The translations under genes were made by a program, and so were the position numbers. The notes under the pieces were generated by a model. It saw nothing but the letters and a program-made list of their open reading frames with translations, did no database searches and had not been told where the DNA came from. 64,000 bases of DNA from Candidatus Bathyarchaeota archaeon (GTDB lineage Archaea > Thermoproteota > Bathyarchaeia > TCS64). The stretch spans positions 736,001-800,000 of the forward strand of contig CAVYVF010000023.1 in assembly GCA_963771885.1 (NCBI GenBank). Direction: 5' to 3'. This document shows positions 29,429 through 39,601 of the stretch, piece after piece. Position 1 is the stretch's first letter, and every line of letters begins with the position of its first letter.

Positions 29429-30312
29429 GTTACGCCCTTTTCCTCGGCTGCTTCATACCTGTTCGTCTCCCACAGATTGAGGCGGTGGCGCGTGACATAC
29501 TCCCCAGGCTCGGCATCGAGCTGGTTGACGTCGACGGCTTCACCTGCTGCCCCGAGCCAGTCGGCTTCCTTACGGATAGGATGACCGCCCTCTCAATCTC
29601 CGCGAGGAACATAGCGCTCGCTGAGGAGGCCGGTCTGGACATTCTGACTCTCTGCAACGGGTGCACCTATACGCTGAGGGCGGCGAACGCGGTGTTGAAG
29701 ACCGACCCCGTCCTCAGGGCGAGGGTGAACGAGGTCATCGCTGAGACGGGCCACCAGTACAAGGGCACTATCGAGGTGAGGCACTTCGCACAGGTCCTCT
29801 CAAAGCAGGTAGGGGTCGAGGCGATCAAGGCGCAGGTAAAGAAGCCGTTGACGGGTCTTCGAGTCGCGTGCCACCCCGGCTGCCACATAATCAGCCCACC
29901 CGTCGTCATGGATTACGATGACGCCCTCGACCCCCTCGTCCTCGACGGCATGGTCGCGGCGCTAGGCGCGGAGCCCGTTGACTGGGACAAGAAGACGGGT
30001 TGCTGCGGCTGGACGCTCACCAACTATGGCGAGAAGGAGGGGGCGAACAGGCTCCTCGGCGCCAAGCTCGCCGCGATGCACGAGGCGAGGGCGGACTGCA
30101 GCGCTGTCATCTGCCCACAGTGCTTCTATCAGTTAGACACGGGCCAGATGCTCGCCGGAAGGGAGCTGAAGCTCGACTACAAGATCCCCACGATCTACTA
30201 CCTGCAGCTCCTCGCCCTCGCCATGGGGAAGAGCATCGACGAGTCCGGCGTACGGCTACACAGGGTCAAGGACCCCGCGCTGGAGGAAAAGCTCGGGAGG
30301 CTCACGGCATGA
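29425..30312 (+). CDS. hdrB: heterodisulfide reductase subunit B
   Basis: Two CCG domains: FLGC/TCCPEP/LCNGC and HPGCH/GCCG/ICPQC. Confidence 0.92.
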   Translation: MSYALFLGCFIPVRLPQIEAVARDILPRLGIELVDVDGFTCCPEPVGFLTDRMTALSISARNIALAEEAGLDILTLCNGCTYTLRAANAVLKTDPVLRARVNEVIAETGHQYKGTIEVRHFAQVLSKQVGVEAIKAQVKKPLTGLRVACHPGCHIISPPVVMDYDDALDPLVLDGMVAALGAEPVDWDKKTGCCGWTLTNYGEKEGANRLLGAKLAAMHEARADCSAVICPQCFYQLDTGQMLAGRELKLDYKIPTIYYLQLLALAMGKSIDESGVRLHRVKDPALEEKLGRLTA

Positions 30313-32327
30313 ATGTGACGACGGTCTGCCCGTACTGCGGCGTCGGCTGCATGCTCTACCTACACGTCAGGGACGGCAAGGTCGTCGGCGTTCTCCCCCA
30401 TCCTAAGGGGCCGGGGGAAGGCCGCCTCTGCATAAAGGGGTGGAGCGCACACGAGTTCATCCACCACCCTGACCGCCTCAGGAAGCCGCTGATACGGGAA
30501 GGCTCAGGGTTCCGTGAGGCGGCTTGGGGTGAGGCGCTCGACCTCGTCGCGTCGAAGATGCTCGAGGCAAAGAGGCTGCATGGGCCGGACTCCGTCGCCT
30601 TCCTCGCCTCCGCCAAGGCGACGAACGAGGAGAACTACTTGATGCAGAAGCTCGCGCGTGCCGCCGTTGGCACAAACAACATCGACCACTGTGCCCGCCT
30701 CTGCCACAGCAGCACCGTCACGGGGATGAGCCGCGCCTTCGGCAGCGGCGCCATGACGAACAGCCAGGAGGACCTGGAGGACGCCGACGCCTTCCTAGTG
30801 ATCGGCTCGAACACGACGGAGCAGCACCCTCTCCTCGCTAGGCGGCTATTGAAGGCCGTGAAGCGCGGCGCCAAGCTTGTGCTCGCCGACCCACGAGACA
30901 TACCCCTCAAGGAGCACGCTGTCCTCCACCTCCGCCACAGGCCTGGGACGGATATCGCCCTCATCAACGCCATGATGAATGTCATCATAGCCGAGGGGCT
31001 TCAGGATGACGCCTTCATCGCGGCGAGGACCGAGGGCTACGAGGCCCTCAGGGAACATGTCGCCAAGTACACTCCCGAGTACGCCGAGGGGATAACCCAG
31101 GTCCCCGCCGACAAGATCAGGGATGCGGCGCGCATCTATGCCTCCGCCGAGAAGGCCGCCATACTCTTCAGCATGGGCATCACCCAGCACATCACTGGCG
31201 TAAACAACGTCCTAAGCACCGCGAACCTCGCCATGCTTACCGGCAACATAGGCAGGCGTGGCACCGGTGTCAACCCGCTGAGGGGGCAGAACAATGTCCA
31301 GGGCGCCTGCGATGTGGGGGCTCTCCCCGACCTCCTCCCCGGCTACCAGCGGGTGGCCGACCCCGAGGCGAGGAAGCGCATCGGCGAAGCGTGGGGCGCA
31401 GCGATGCCTACGGAGCCGGGGCTTACCCTCACCGAGAAGGTCAACGGCGCAGGTGACAAGGTCAGGGTCATGTTCGTCATGGGGGAGAACCCCCTCATGT
31501 CCGACCCCGACACAAACCACGTTAGGAAGCAGTTCGACAAGCTCGACTTCCTCGTCGTCTCCGAGTTATTCATGAGTGAGACGGCGGAGGTTGCAGACGT
31601 GGTGCTCCCCGCGGTAAGCTTCGCGGAGAAGGACGGCACATTCACGGCGACCGACCGACGTGTGCAGCTCCTCCACAAGGCCGTGGAACCCGAGGGGGAC
31701 GCGAAGCCGGACTGGTGGATACTGAGCCAGCTCTCCACGCGCCTTGGCTACCCGATGAGCTACGCCGGACCCTCCGCGATCATGGAGGAGGTCGCATCGG
31801 TCTCCGCCATCTACCGCGGCGTCAGCTACGATCGCCTTGAGGGCGAGGGGCTACGATGGCCTGTCCCCACAAAGGGTCATCCGGGGACTCCTATACTCCA
31901 CGTCGAAAAGTTCAGCAGAGGCCTCGGCAAGTTCCATGTAGTCGAGCACAGGCCCCCCGCCGAGGAGCCCGACGATGAGTACCCTCTTCTGCTGACGACA
32001 GGTCGGGTCCTCTGGCACTGGCACACTGGTACGATGACGAGGAGGAGCCCGACGCTCACTGACCAGATCAACGAGGCCTTCGTCGAGATAAACGAGCGCG
32101 ACGCGGAGAGGCTCGGCGTTGGTTACGGTGACGTGGTCAGGGTGGCGAGCAGGAGGGGCGAGATCACCCTCAAGGCGCGCGTAACCCCTGGGATTCTGGA
32201 GGGCGTCGTCTTCATACCCTTCCATTTCCACGAGGCGCCGGCTAACGTCCTCACAAACAATGCGGTGGACGCTGAGTCTAAGATACCCGAATACAAGGCC
32301 TGCGCCGTGCGCGTCACGAAGGCTTAG
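30309..32327 (+). CDS. fdhA: formate dehydrogenase alpha subunit (Mo/W-bisPGD, Cys-type)
   Basis: CPYCGVGC..LCIKG, DHCARLCH, GITQH, PLRGQNNVQG, EKDGT, TTGR, PFHF, IPEYK; ATG at 30309 overlaps the hdrB stop. Confidence 0.95.
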   Translation: MNVTTVCPYCGVGCMLYLHVRDGKVVGVLPHPKGPGEGRLCIKGWSAHEFIHHPDRLRKPLIREGSGFREAAWGEALDLVASKMLEAKRLHGPDSVAFLASAKATNEENYLMQKLARAAVGTNNIDHCARLCHSSTVTGMSRAFGSGAMTNSQEDLEDADAFLVIGSNTTEQHPLLARRLLKAVKRGAKLVLADPRDIPLKEHAVLHLRHRPGTDIALINAMMNVIIAEGLQDDAFIAARTEGYEALREHVAKYTPEYAEGITQVPADKIRDAARIYASAEKAAILFSMGITQHITGVNNVLSTANLAMLTGNIGRRGTGVNPLRGQNNVQGACDVGALPDLLPGYQRVADPEARKRIGEAWGAAMPTEPGLTLTEKVNGAGDKVRVMFVMGENPLMSDPDTNHVRKQFDKLDFLVVSELFMSETAEVADVVLPAVSFAEKDGTFTATDRRVQLLHKAVEPEGDAKPDWWILSQLSTRLGYPMSYAGPSAIMEEVASVSAIYRGVSYDRLEGEGLRWPVPTKGHPGTPILHVEKFSRGLGKFHVVEHRPPAEEPDDEYPLLLTTGRVLWHWHTGTMTRRSPTLTDQINEAFVEINERDAERLGVGYGDVVRVASRRGEITLKARVTPGILEGVVFIPFHFHEAPANVLTNNAVDAESKIPEYKACAVRVTKA

Positions 32328-32329
32328 TG

Positions 32330-34063
32330 TCACCAGCCGAGGGCGTAGCCGTCGCCCGTCCTCGGGCTCGCGCCCCCGTACTTCACCCCCGTGTGTGGGT
32401 CGAAGCGGATTGCGAGGCACCTGCCGTGGCTCCACGGCTTGTCCACGATGACCTTGTGCCCCCTCCCGCTGAGCCCCGCGAGGACGTCGTCTGGTACACC
32501 AGGCTCTGCCCTCAGCTCACCGGGGCGCACCATCTTCGGCCAGAAGGTACCTATGAAGTGATTCGTGTGGATGGTGGGCTTGTCGAGTGCGAGTTGGACG
32601 TCCATGCCGAAGTCGACATAGTTTATGAAGAACTGGCTCGTCCACTGATCCTGCCCGTCCCCACCCGGGGTGCCGTAGACCATGTAGGGCTCCCCCTCTT
32701 TCATTACGAGGCTAGGCGTCAGCGTGATGCGTGGCTTCTTCCCCGGCACAAGGCTGTTGGGGTGCCCCTCATCGAGGTTGAACTGCTGGCCGCGGGTGCC
32801 CATGGGGAAGCCGAGCCCGGGAACGAGTGGGCTCGTCCTTATCCAGCCCCCGCTCGGCGTCGCCGAGATCATGTTCCCCATCGGGTCGACTGCCTCGAGG
32901 TGCACCGTGTCGCCCTCGAATCCCCCCTTCAGCGTCGTCGCCACGAGCTCCACGGGTTCCGCCCTCCCCGGCCTCAGCAGCATGTTCGCCTCCTTTGGGT
33001 CGATGAGTTCCCTCCGCTCGTCGGCGTAGCTCTTTGAGAGAAGCATGTCGAGGGGCACGTCTGCGAAGTCCGGGTCCCCGTAGTAGTGCTCCCTGTCCGC
33101 GAAGGTGAGCTTCGCTGCCTCGGTCCACGTGTGCAGGTAGTCGACGGAGTTGTGCCCCATCTCAGCTAGGTCGAAGCCCTCCAGTAGGTTGTAGAGCTCC
33201 AGCTGGGCGGGGCCCTGCGTCCATGGGCCGCACTTGTAGACGTCGAGGCCGCGGTAGTTGCTGGTTATTGGCTTCTCGATGCGTGCCTCGTAGTCTGCGA
33301 AGTCCTCGAGGGTGATTAGGCCAGTGTTCTCCTTGCCGTAGACGTCGCGGCAGCGGAACGTGCTGGTGAAGCCGACTATCTTCTCGGCTATCGGCCCCCT
33401 GTAGAAGTGGTCGCGGCACGCTGTCAGCGCGGCGCTTCTTCCGACCCGCCGCTCACTCTTCTCGAGCTCGGCGACCTCCCTGAGAGTCCTCGCCCAGTCG
33501 GGGTTCCTGAAGACCTGCCCGACGACGGGTGGCTTCCCATCTGGGAGATAGATGGCTGCTGTCGTAGGCCACTCCCTGGCGAAGCGCTCCTGGGACGCGT
33601 TGATGCTCCTCACCATCGTTGGCTGGATTGGGTAGCCGTCCGCGGCGATGGCGATGCTGGGCTCCAGGCACTCGGCGAGGCTGAATGTGCCGTAGAGATC
33701 GAGTGCCATGAGCCATGCGTCGTATGCGCCGGGGACGACGGCGGGGGTGAAGCCGTCTTCGGGGATGAGGTCGTAGCCGTTGTCTCGGAACCAGCCTATC
33801 GAGGCGGCCTTCGGCGCGGGGCCGGAGCCGTTTATGGCGAGGACGGCCTCCTCATCTGCGAGGTAGATGAGGATAGGTACCTCGCCGGCGACGCCGACAA
33901 GGTCAGGCTTAGTCAGGGTAAGCGCGAACCACATGCTCACCGCGGCGTCGACGACGTTTCCGCCCCGCTTCAGGGCGTGGTGCCCTATCTCGGTGGCGAG
34001 GTAGTGGCTCGACGTGACCATCCCGTTCGTCCCCATGACGACGGGGCGGGTTGTGAAGGACAT
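32330..34063 (-). CDS. ggt: gamma-glutamyltransferase family protein
   Basis: GGNVVDAA, VPG, ADR..YYGDP, DTVH (Thr nucleophile), PGKKP, GTPGG.GQ. Confidence 0.9.
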   Translation of the reverse strand: MSFTTRPVVMGTNGMVTSSHYLATEIGHHALKRGGNVVDAAVSMWFALTLTKPDLVGVAGEVPILIYLADEEAVLAINGSGPAPKAASIGWFRDNGYDLIPEDGFTPAVVPGAYDAWLMALDLYGTFSLAECLEPSIAIAADGYPIQPTMVRSINASQERFAREWPTTAAIYLPDGKPPVVGQVFRNPDWARTLREVAELEKSERRVGRSAALTACRDHFYRGPIAEKIVGFTSTFRCRDVYGKENTGLITLEDFADYEARIEKPITSNYRGLDVYKCGPWTQGPAQLELYNLLEGFDLAEMGHNSVDYLHTWTEAAKLTFADREHYYGDPDFADVPLDMLLSKSYADERRELIDPKEANMLLRPGRAEPVELVATTLKGGFEGDTVHLEAVDPMGNMISATPSGGWIRTSPLVPGLGFPMGTRGQQFNLDEGHPNSLVPGKKPRITLTPSLVMKEGEPYMVYGTPGGDGQDQWTSQFFINYVDFGMDVQLALDKPTIHTNHFIGTFWPKMVRPGELRAEPGVPDDVLAGLSGRGHKVIVDKPWSHGRCLAIRFDPHTGVKYGGASPRTGDGYALGW

Positions 34064-34158
34064 GGTTGAATTATCCCCCCGAGGTATTTAGAATATCCAG
34101 TAGGGAGAGTTTTTATTCACCGTAATTCACTACCCCCGCCGATCGAAGGCGCGCGATT

Positions 34159-35367
34159 TTGGGATTACGGAGTAGGATAGCCGACAGGCTCTCGCCGACG
34201 AAGATGTCAGCAGTATACTGGGAGCTCATCGTCGTCGGCTTCGCAATCATGATGGGGATGAGCCTCCCCGCCAGCTTCCTTCCCATACTCGCGAACAGTC
34301 TCGACCCCTCGGGAGTCCTCGTCGGCCTCGTCGTCTCGGCATGGTTCCTCAGCAGGATATTCCTGGAGCTACCTGCGGGGATCATCAGCGACAGGCTAGG
34401 CAGGAGGAGACTACTCATCTTCGGCATAGGCCTGAGCTGCCTCGGCCCCATACTCTGCAGCCAGGCGAATAACATCTGGCTTCTGATAATTGGGAGGGGC
34501 ATCTGGGGTATGGGTACCGCGTTCTACTTCATGAGCAACACGGCGCTCCTCATGGACATCCTCCCCTCCAATACGCGTGGCCAGGCCCTCGGCCTCTTTC
34601 AGGGCATCGAGTTCGTTGGCAGCTTCATCGGTGCCCCAATCGGAGCTTTCCTCTCTATCTACATGAGCTTTAACCAGGTCTTCTACTTCACCCTCCTCCT
34701 CACCCTCGCCTCCCTCATTATCGCTTGGAAGTCGAGCGGCATGCGCGACTCCGATGTGAAAGAGGTGAAGAAGGAGCGGACCCCCCTCCGCGAGGTAGTT
34801 AAGATGATTGGCAACCGGGGCATACTCATCGTCTGCCTCAGCACCCTGCTCCGAATGTTCATCATGCAGGGCATATTCCAGACTATATTCCAGCTCTACC
34901 TCAACCAGAGCCTTGGCTTCGCCGTCTCCGTGATTGGGCTCATCCTCAGTGCTAGGATAGCGGGGCAGATAATCTCCCTCGTCTCCGCGGGGATACTCTC
35001 CGACAGGGTGGGGAGGATACCCGTCCTCATCGCCGGCTTCGTGATCACCGCCGTGACCCTTCTCGGCTTCACGCTGACGAATAACTTCGCCTTCCTCGTC
35101 ATCATAGGCTTCGTCGAGGGCTTGGGAGAGGGCTTTGGCATGACGACTCTCATCGCCTTGCTCACCGACATAACCCCGCCGCCCGTGAGGGGGGGTGTAG
35201 TCGGCCTCTATAGGACGTTCCAGGACATCGGCGGCTTCTCAGGGCCAATACTCTTCATGATATTCTACGGCACCCTGGGTCCCGCCTCCGCCTTCTACAT
35301 AGCGATCGTCGCGAATGTGGTGAATATCGCCCTACTCATGATGTTCAAGGCGCCCACGAAGAACTAG
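34159..35367 (+). CDS. MFS transporter
   Basis: About 12 TM segments, GIISDRLGRR and GILSDRVGR motif A copies. Confidence 0.92.
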   Translation: MGLRSRIADRLSPTKMSAVYWELIVVGFAIMMGMSLPASFLPILANSLDPSGVLVGLVVSAWFLSRIFLELPAGIISDRLGRRRLLIFGIGLSCLGPILCSQANNIWLLIIGRGIWGMGTAFYFMSNTALLMDILPSNTRGQALGLFQGIEFVGSFIGAPIGAFLSIYMSFNQVFYFTLLLTLASLIIAWKSSGMRDSDVKEVKKERTPLREVVKMIGNRGILIVCLSTLLRMFIMQGIFQTIFQLYLNQSLGFAVSVIGLILSARIAGQIISLVSAGILSDRVGRIPVLIAGFVITAVTLLGFTLTNNFAFLVIIGFVEGLGEGFGMTTLIALLTDITPPPVRGGVVGLYRTFQDIGGFSGPILFMIFYGTLGPASAFYIAIVANVVNIALLMMFKAPTKN

Positions 35368-35558
35368 CGTTGGAACTTGGGTATCCATGCTCTGACGAGT
35401 ACGACTATGGCCAGGCAAATCATGAAGACGGTGGCGATGTTTATGATGTGTAGAACCTCGGGCTGGACGTAGAAGGTGTCTATCTGTCGGCGTATGAGGA
35501 CCGTCATGGCGAAGGCGAAGAGGGCGATGGCGGTAGTTCTGAACCTGTCCGCGAGCAT
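35364..35558 (-). CDS. small two-TM membrane protein
   Basis: 64-aa ORF from ATG 35558 with two hydrophobic helices. Confidence 0.55.
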   Translation of the reverse strand: MLADRFRTTAIALFAFAMTVLIRRQIDTFYVQPEVLHIINIATVFMICLAIVVLVRAWIPKFQR

Positions 35559-35635
35559 AATGGGGGATTCACCCGCGCCGGGGTTTAACCGTTCCCCTCC
35601 CAAGCGTTAAAGGCTCCACGGGAGCTTGTATCTCC

Positions 35636-36139
35636 ATGGCGAAGACATACCACATGCGCCGCGCTGACAAGGAGATCAAGGATAAGGCTAAACTCGCGAG
35701 GATACTCAAGGAGACGAAGTTCGTCACCCTTGCCCTGGCGAACGGCAACGAGCCCTATATTGTGACCCTAAGCCACTACTACGACGAGAAGGCGGGCTGC
35801 CTATATTTCCACAGCGCCCCAGAGGGGAAGAAGCTCGACTACATGCGCGCCAACCCCATCGTCTGGGGGCAGGCGCTCATAGACTATGGCTACTACGAGG
35901 GGAAGTGCACCCACAAGTTCGTGACAGCTGTCTTCAGGGGTCACATTGAGTGGGTTGAGTCGCTTGACGAGAAGAAGCACGCTATGAGGGGTATGATAGA
36001 GCGGCTGGAGCCCGATCCCGCCCCACATGTGAAGAGACTGCTAGGGGTTGAGAACGATGACGCCCTCGCCAAGACCGTCATGGGCAAGATCGTTGTAGAG
36101 GAACTCGTCGGCAAGAAGCACTCCGATGTGACTTTCTAG
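35636..36139 (+). CDS. pyridoxamine 5'-phosphate oxidase-like (NimA/flavin-nucleotide-binding) protein
   Basis: MRRADKEI, PYIV, YFHSAPEGKK. Confidence 0.85.
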   Translation: MAKTYHMRRADKEIKDKAKLARILKETKFVTLALANGNEPYIVTLSHYYDEKAGCLYFHSAPEGKKLDYMRANPIVWGQALIDYGYYEGKCTHKFVTAVFRGHIEWVESLDEKKHAMRGMIERLEPDPAPHVKRLLGVENDDALAKTVMGKIVVEELVGKKHSDVTF

Positions 36140-36198
36140 CCTATTTAGGTAACATTATAAACCCGCCTACTTTTCTCAGGACTAAGGAGAATCACCGT

Positions 36199-36735
36199 AT
36201 GGCTAACTGTGTGAAGTGTGGTGCGGAGCTTCAGGAAGGTGCAGTGTTCTGCCAGAAGTGTGGTACACCCGTCGCCGCGGTCCCGACAGCGGCACCTATG
36301 GGCGAGAGGGTGATAAACCTCGCAGGGTGGGGCGATAGGATACTCGCCTACATAATCGACATGGTCCTCGCCGGGATAGTCCTCGGCATACTCAGGGCCA
36401 TAATCTTCCTACCCAGCTGGGCCTTGGGTGACATGATGGGCGTGCCAAACTACGTCCCATGGAGCAACTGGGGCTTCGATAACCTGTTCTGGTTCGCCTA
36501 CTTCCTCTTCATGGACCTCACATATGGGCAGAGCATCGGCAAGATGGTGATGAAGATCAGGGTGACGAATATGGACGGTGGTCCTATCGACATTACTCAG
36601 GCAGCCATCGAGGCCTTCGGCAAGGCATTCTTGCTACCCCTCGACGTGATTCTGGGCTGGATCTTCACGAACCAGAGGAGCCAGCGCATCTTCGCGTTCT
36701 TGGCTAAGACGCTTGTCGTGAAGAATAAGGAGTAG
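36199..36735 (+). CDS. zinc-ribbon + RDD family membrane protein
   Basis: CVKCG..FCQKCG, R..AYIID, GQSIGK, QR...KTLVV. Confidence 0.88.
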   Translation: MANCVKCGAELQEGAVFCQKCGTPVAAVPTAAPMGERVINLAGWGDRILAYIIDMVLAGIVLGILRAIIFLPSWALGDMMGVPNYVPWSNWGFDNLFWFAYFLFMDLTYGQSIGKMVMKIRVTNMDGGPIDITQAAIEAFGKAFLLPLDVILGWIFTNQRSQRIFAFLAKTLVVKNKE

Positions 36736-36816
36736 CCGCCATCAGGTCCCGAAGGGGCCTACCAGTTTCCTGATGAGCATCTTTATAATTCCCTCAACCT
36801 TCTAAAGATAATCTCG

Positions 36817-37629
36817 ATGTCCCGTAAACCGGGTGAGGTAGCGGAGGTCATCTGCTCCCTGTACGAGGGGAAGACTAGGATCCCCTTGGCTAAGGTGTTT
36901 GTTCTCGCCATCCTCGCGGGGGCGTATGTCGGCTTCGGCAGCTATCTATACATGCTGGTGACTAGCGATTCGTCCGCTTACGTCGGGCGGGGGCTCTCCA
37001 CGATGATCGGAGGAGTCGTATTCTCCCTCGGGCTCATACTCATCATCCTCGGCGGAGGTGAACTGTTCACGGGAAACGGGTTGATCACGACTGCCTGCCT
37101 CTCGGGGAAGGCGCGGGTTGTTGACCTCGTGAAGAATTGGGTCATCGTCTACTTGGGTAACTTTGTTGGCTCGATACTTCTCGCTGGCCTCATCTTCGCC
37201 GCGGGAAGCTACCTCGTCTTCGACGGTTCAGTTGCTGCCCGCACGCTACAGGTCGCAACGTCGAAGGCCAATCTCGGTTTCAGTGACGCCCTGTTTAGGG
37301 GGATACTCTGTAACTGGCTAGTCTGTCTGGCAGTGTGGATAGCCGCTTCGGCTGAGGATACGACGGGGAAGATACTCGCCATGATCTTCCCAGTATCTGC
37401 CTTCGTCGCCATGGGGTTCGAGCATAGCGTCGCGAACATGTTCATGATCCCCTTCGGCATGATGATAGGCGGCGACCCTGCCCTCGTTGCGAAGGCGGGA
37501 GTCGACATGGTGAACATGAATGTGGCGGGTTTAGTTGGTAACTTGATCCCTGTAACCATCGGAAACATAATCGGCGGCGCCTTCTTCGTCGCGACCGCAT
37601 ACTGGTACGTCTACCTCAGAAAGCAGTAG
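36817..37629 (+). CDS. fdhC: formate/nitrite transporter (FNT) family channel
   Basis: AILAGAY, GGELFTGN, VYLGNFVG, GILCNWLVCLAVW, FEHSVANM, VTIGNIIGG. Confidence 0.92.
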   Translation: MSRKPGEVAEVICSLYEGKTRIPLAKVFVLAILAGAYVGFGSYLYMLVTSDSSAYVGRGLSTMIGGVVFSLGLILIILGGGELFTGNGLITTACLSGKARVVDLVKNWVIVYLGNFVGSILLAGLIFAAGSYLVFDGSVAARTLQVATSKANLGFSDALFRGILCNWLVCLAVWIAASAEDTTGKILAMIFPVSAFVAMGFEHSVANMFMIPFGMMIGGDPALVAKAGVDMVNMNVAGLVGNLIPVTIGNIIGGAFFVATAYWYVYLRKQ

Positions 37630-37722
37630 CTGTTCATTTTTTATCTCAAAAATATTCCTATATCGAATCGCCTTATTCCCGGTACTAGAGACGTTTTTAT
37701 CTATGGGGCCTTCCCAACGGCT

Positions 37723-38355
37723 GTGCCTTCGCGGGAAAGTATCACAGAAGCCATCGTTAACATGGATGAGTCCGCGGCCTTGCGCCTAGTAGAGGAGAAA
37801 CTGGCGTCGGGCGCTGACCCAGTTGATGTCCTTGAGGAGTGCCGCCGGGGCATGTTCGCCGTCGGCGAGCGTTTCGAAAAGGGTGAGATGTACCTCTCCG
37901 AGTTATTCATGGCTTCGGAGATGTTCAACCAGATCACAGCGAGGGTGAAGCCGCTCCTAGGGAAGGCCGAGCTGAAGCGGGGCAAGATAGTGATTGGCAC
38001 GGTGGAGGGCGATGTCCACGACATCGGGAAGAACATCTTCACAAGCCTCCTCGAGGCTGAGGGATTCGAGGTCGTCGATCTAGGCGTCGACGTGCCCCCC
38101 TCACGATTCGTCGAGGCGATCCGCGAGCATTGCCCCGAGATAGTCGGCATGAGCAGCCTCCTCAGCACATCCCTCGACGCTGTGAAGAGGACAGTCGACG
38201 CCATTGAGGAGGCGGGGCTAAGGGGTAAGGTGAGAATCATAGTCGGCGGGGGTAGGATTGACGAGCAGGCCGCCGAGTACATAGTTCCTGACGCGTTCAC
38301 GGACAACGCCTCACAGGGTGTCAAGCGGTGCCGGGTGCTCATAGGGGAGGAATAA
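37723..38355 (+). CDS. corrinoid (B12-binding) protein, MtaC/MtbC-like
   Basis: Cap domain (VGERFE..YLSEL) plus DVHDIGKN, SSLL, VGGG. Confidence 0.92.
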   Translation: MPSRESITEAIVNMDESAALRLVEEKLASGADPVDVLEECRRGMFAVGERFEKGEMYLSELFMASEMFNQITARVKPLLGKAELKRGKIVIGTVEGDVHDIGKNIFTSLLEAEGFEVVDLGVDVPPSRFVEAIREHCPEIVGMSSLLSTSLDAVKRTVDAIEEAGLRGKVRIIVGGGRIDEQAAEYIVPDAFTDNASQGVKRCRVLIGEE

Positions 38356-38357
38356 AC

Positions 38358-39578
38358 GTGGACAATGCGGAGCTGTTCAAGCAGCGCAGGGAGCGCATGA
38401 GGCGCGCTATTGATCTGAAGGAGCCCGACAGGGTTCCGCTCATTGAGAGCCATGGCTACTTCGCCGCTCGCAACGCGGGGATAACGAGCCAGGAGTTCCT
38501 CTTCGACTACGCCAAAGCGGGGGCTGCCTCTGTGAAGGCTGCTGTAGACTATGGGTACGACACGGCGAGCGGCATGAACAGCCTCGGCGCGCTTCCCCTC
38601 ACTCTTGCCTTCGTCGGCGAGGGCGATGGGATCATGCCGGGGTGGATCAATGGCCCCGTACATGATATACTCGGGTGCCGGTACGCGAGGTTCCCCGGGA
38701 GGGAGCTCCCCGTCGACTCGCCCTTCCAGTTCATAGGCGAGGAGTACATGAAGGCTGAGGAGTACCCTGCACTCATCGACAACCCGAAGAAATACATCGC
38801 CGAGGTGCTCCTGCCCCGCTCCATGAGGGCACTTGAGAAGCCGGGCTCAGCCCATGCGATGGCTGCCCTGCACCGGTGGGGTGTCGAGTGCAGGAGGGGG
38901 GCCGAGGCGGGCGCCAAGCTGAGGGGTGAACTCAACGGGCTCGGGTTCCCAGGCTTCACCGAGGGCATGTCATACGCCCCACTCGACTTCATCGGCGACT
39001 TCGCCCGCGACATTAAGCACACACTCCTCGACTGCTACCGTAGGCCCGACGAGGTGAAGCAGGCGGCGGAGGCGCTCAAGGGGGTCATAATCGAGATGGG
39101 GCGGATAATGGCGAAGACCTCGTCGCCCGGCGCCGTCGTCTTCATCCCCCTACACCTAAACGAGTACTTCTCCCCCCAGCAGTACGCCGAGTTCTACTGG
39201 CCAACACTCAAGGCGGTCGTCGAGGACCTCGTTAGGCTCGGCTTCACCCCCGAGGTCTTCTACGAGGGGCAGCACGCGATGCACCTGGAGACAATCCTCG
39301 AGCTACCGAAGGGCAGGACGATCTCGCGCTTCGAGAAGACCGACCTCGTCAAGGCGAAGCGCATCATCGGCGACCACTCATGCATAGTGGGAGGCCCGCC
39401 CTCCTCCCTCTTCCTTACAACACCAGCGAAGGTCGACGCCTACGTGAAGGAGCTATTCGCCGAGGTTAAGCAGGGCGGAGGCTTCATGCTGAGCCCCGCC
39501 GTCCCCCTCCCCGCCGAGGCCCGCCCCGAGTGCGTCAAGGCGCTCATGGACGCCGTTAAAAGGTACGGCGCCTACTAG
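38358..39578 (+). CDS. uroporphyrinogen decarboxylase-superfamily (MtaA/CmuA-like) methyltransferase
   Basis: KEPDRVP, APLD, IPLH, FSPQQYAEFYWPTLK, GGGFML; context between corrinoid and activator genes. Confidence 0.8.
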   Translation: MDNAELFKQRRERMRRAIDLKEPDRVPLIESHGYFAARNAGITSQEFLFDYAKAGAASVKAAVDYGYDTASGMNSLGALPLTLAFVGEGDGIMPGWINGPVHDILGCRYARFPGRELPVDSPFQFIGEEYMKAEEYPALIDNPKKYIAEVLLPRSMRALEKPGSAHAMAALHRWGVECRRGAEAGAKLRGELNGLGFPGFTEGMSYAPLDFIGDFARDIKHTLLDCYRRPDEVKQAAEALKGVIIEMGRIMAKTSSPGAVVFIPLHLNEYFSPQQYAEFYWPTLKAVVEDLVRLGFTPEVFYEGQHAMHLETILELPKGRTISRFEKTDLVKAKRIIGDHSCIVGGPPSSLFLTTPAKVDAYVKELFAEVKQGGGFMLSPAVPLPAEARPECVKALMDAVKRYGAY

Positions 39579-39601
39579 GGCACAACGCCCCTCCCGACCG
39601 G

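Noticed and set aside
30000..30308. N-terminal extension of the 775-aa FdhA ORF as a fusion
   Set aside because: It is an Arg-rich alternate frame of hdrB; the real start is ATG 30309
30685..30710. Selenocysteine in FdhA or pyrrolysine in the methyltransferases
   Set aside because: The FdhA ligand codon is TGC (CARLCH), and no in-frame TGA/TAG interrupts these genes
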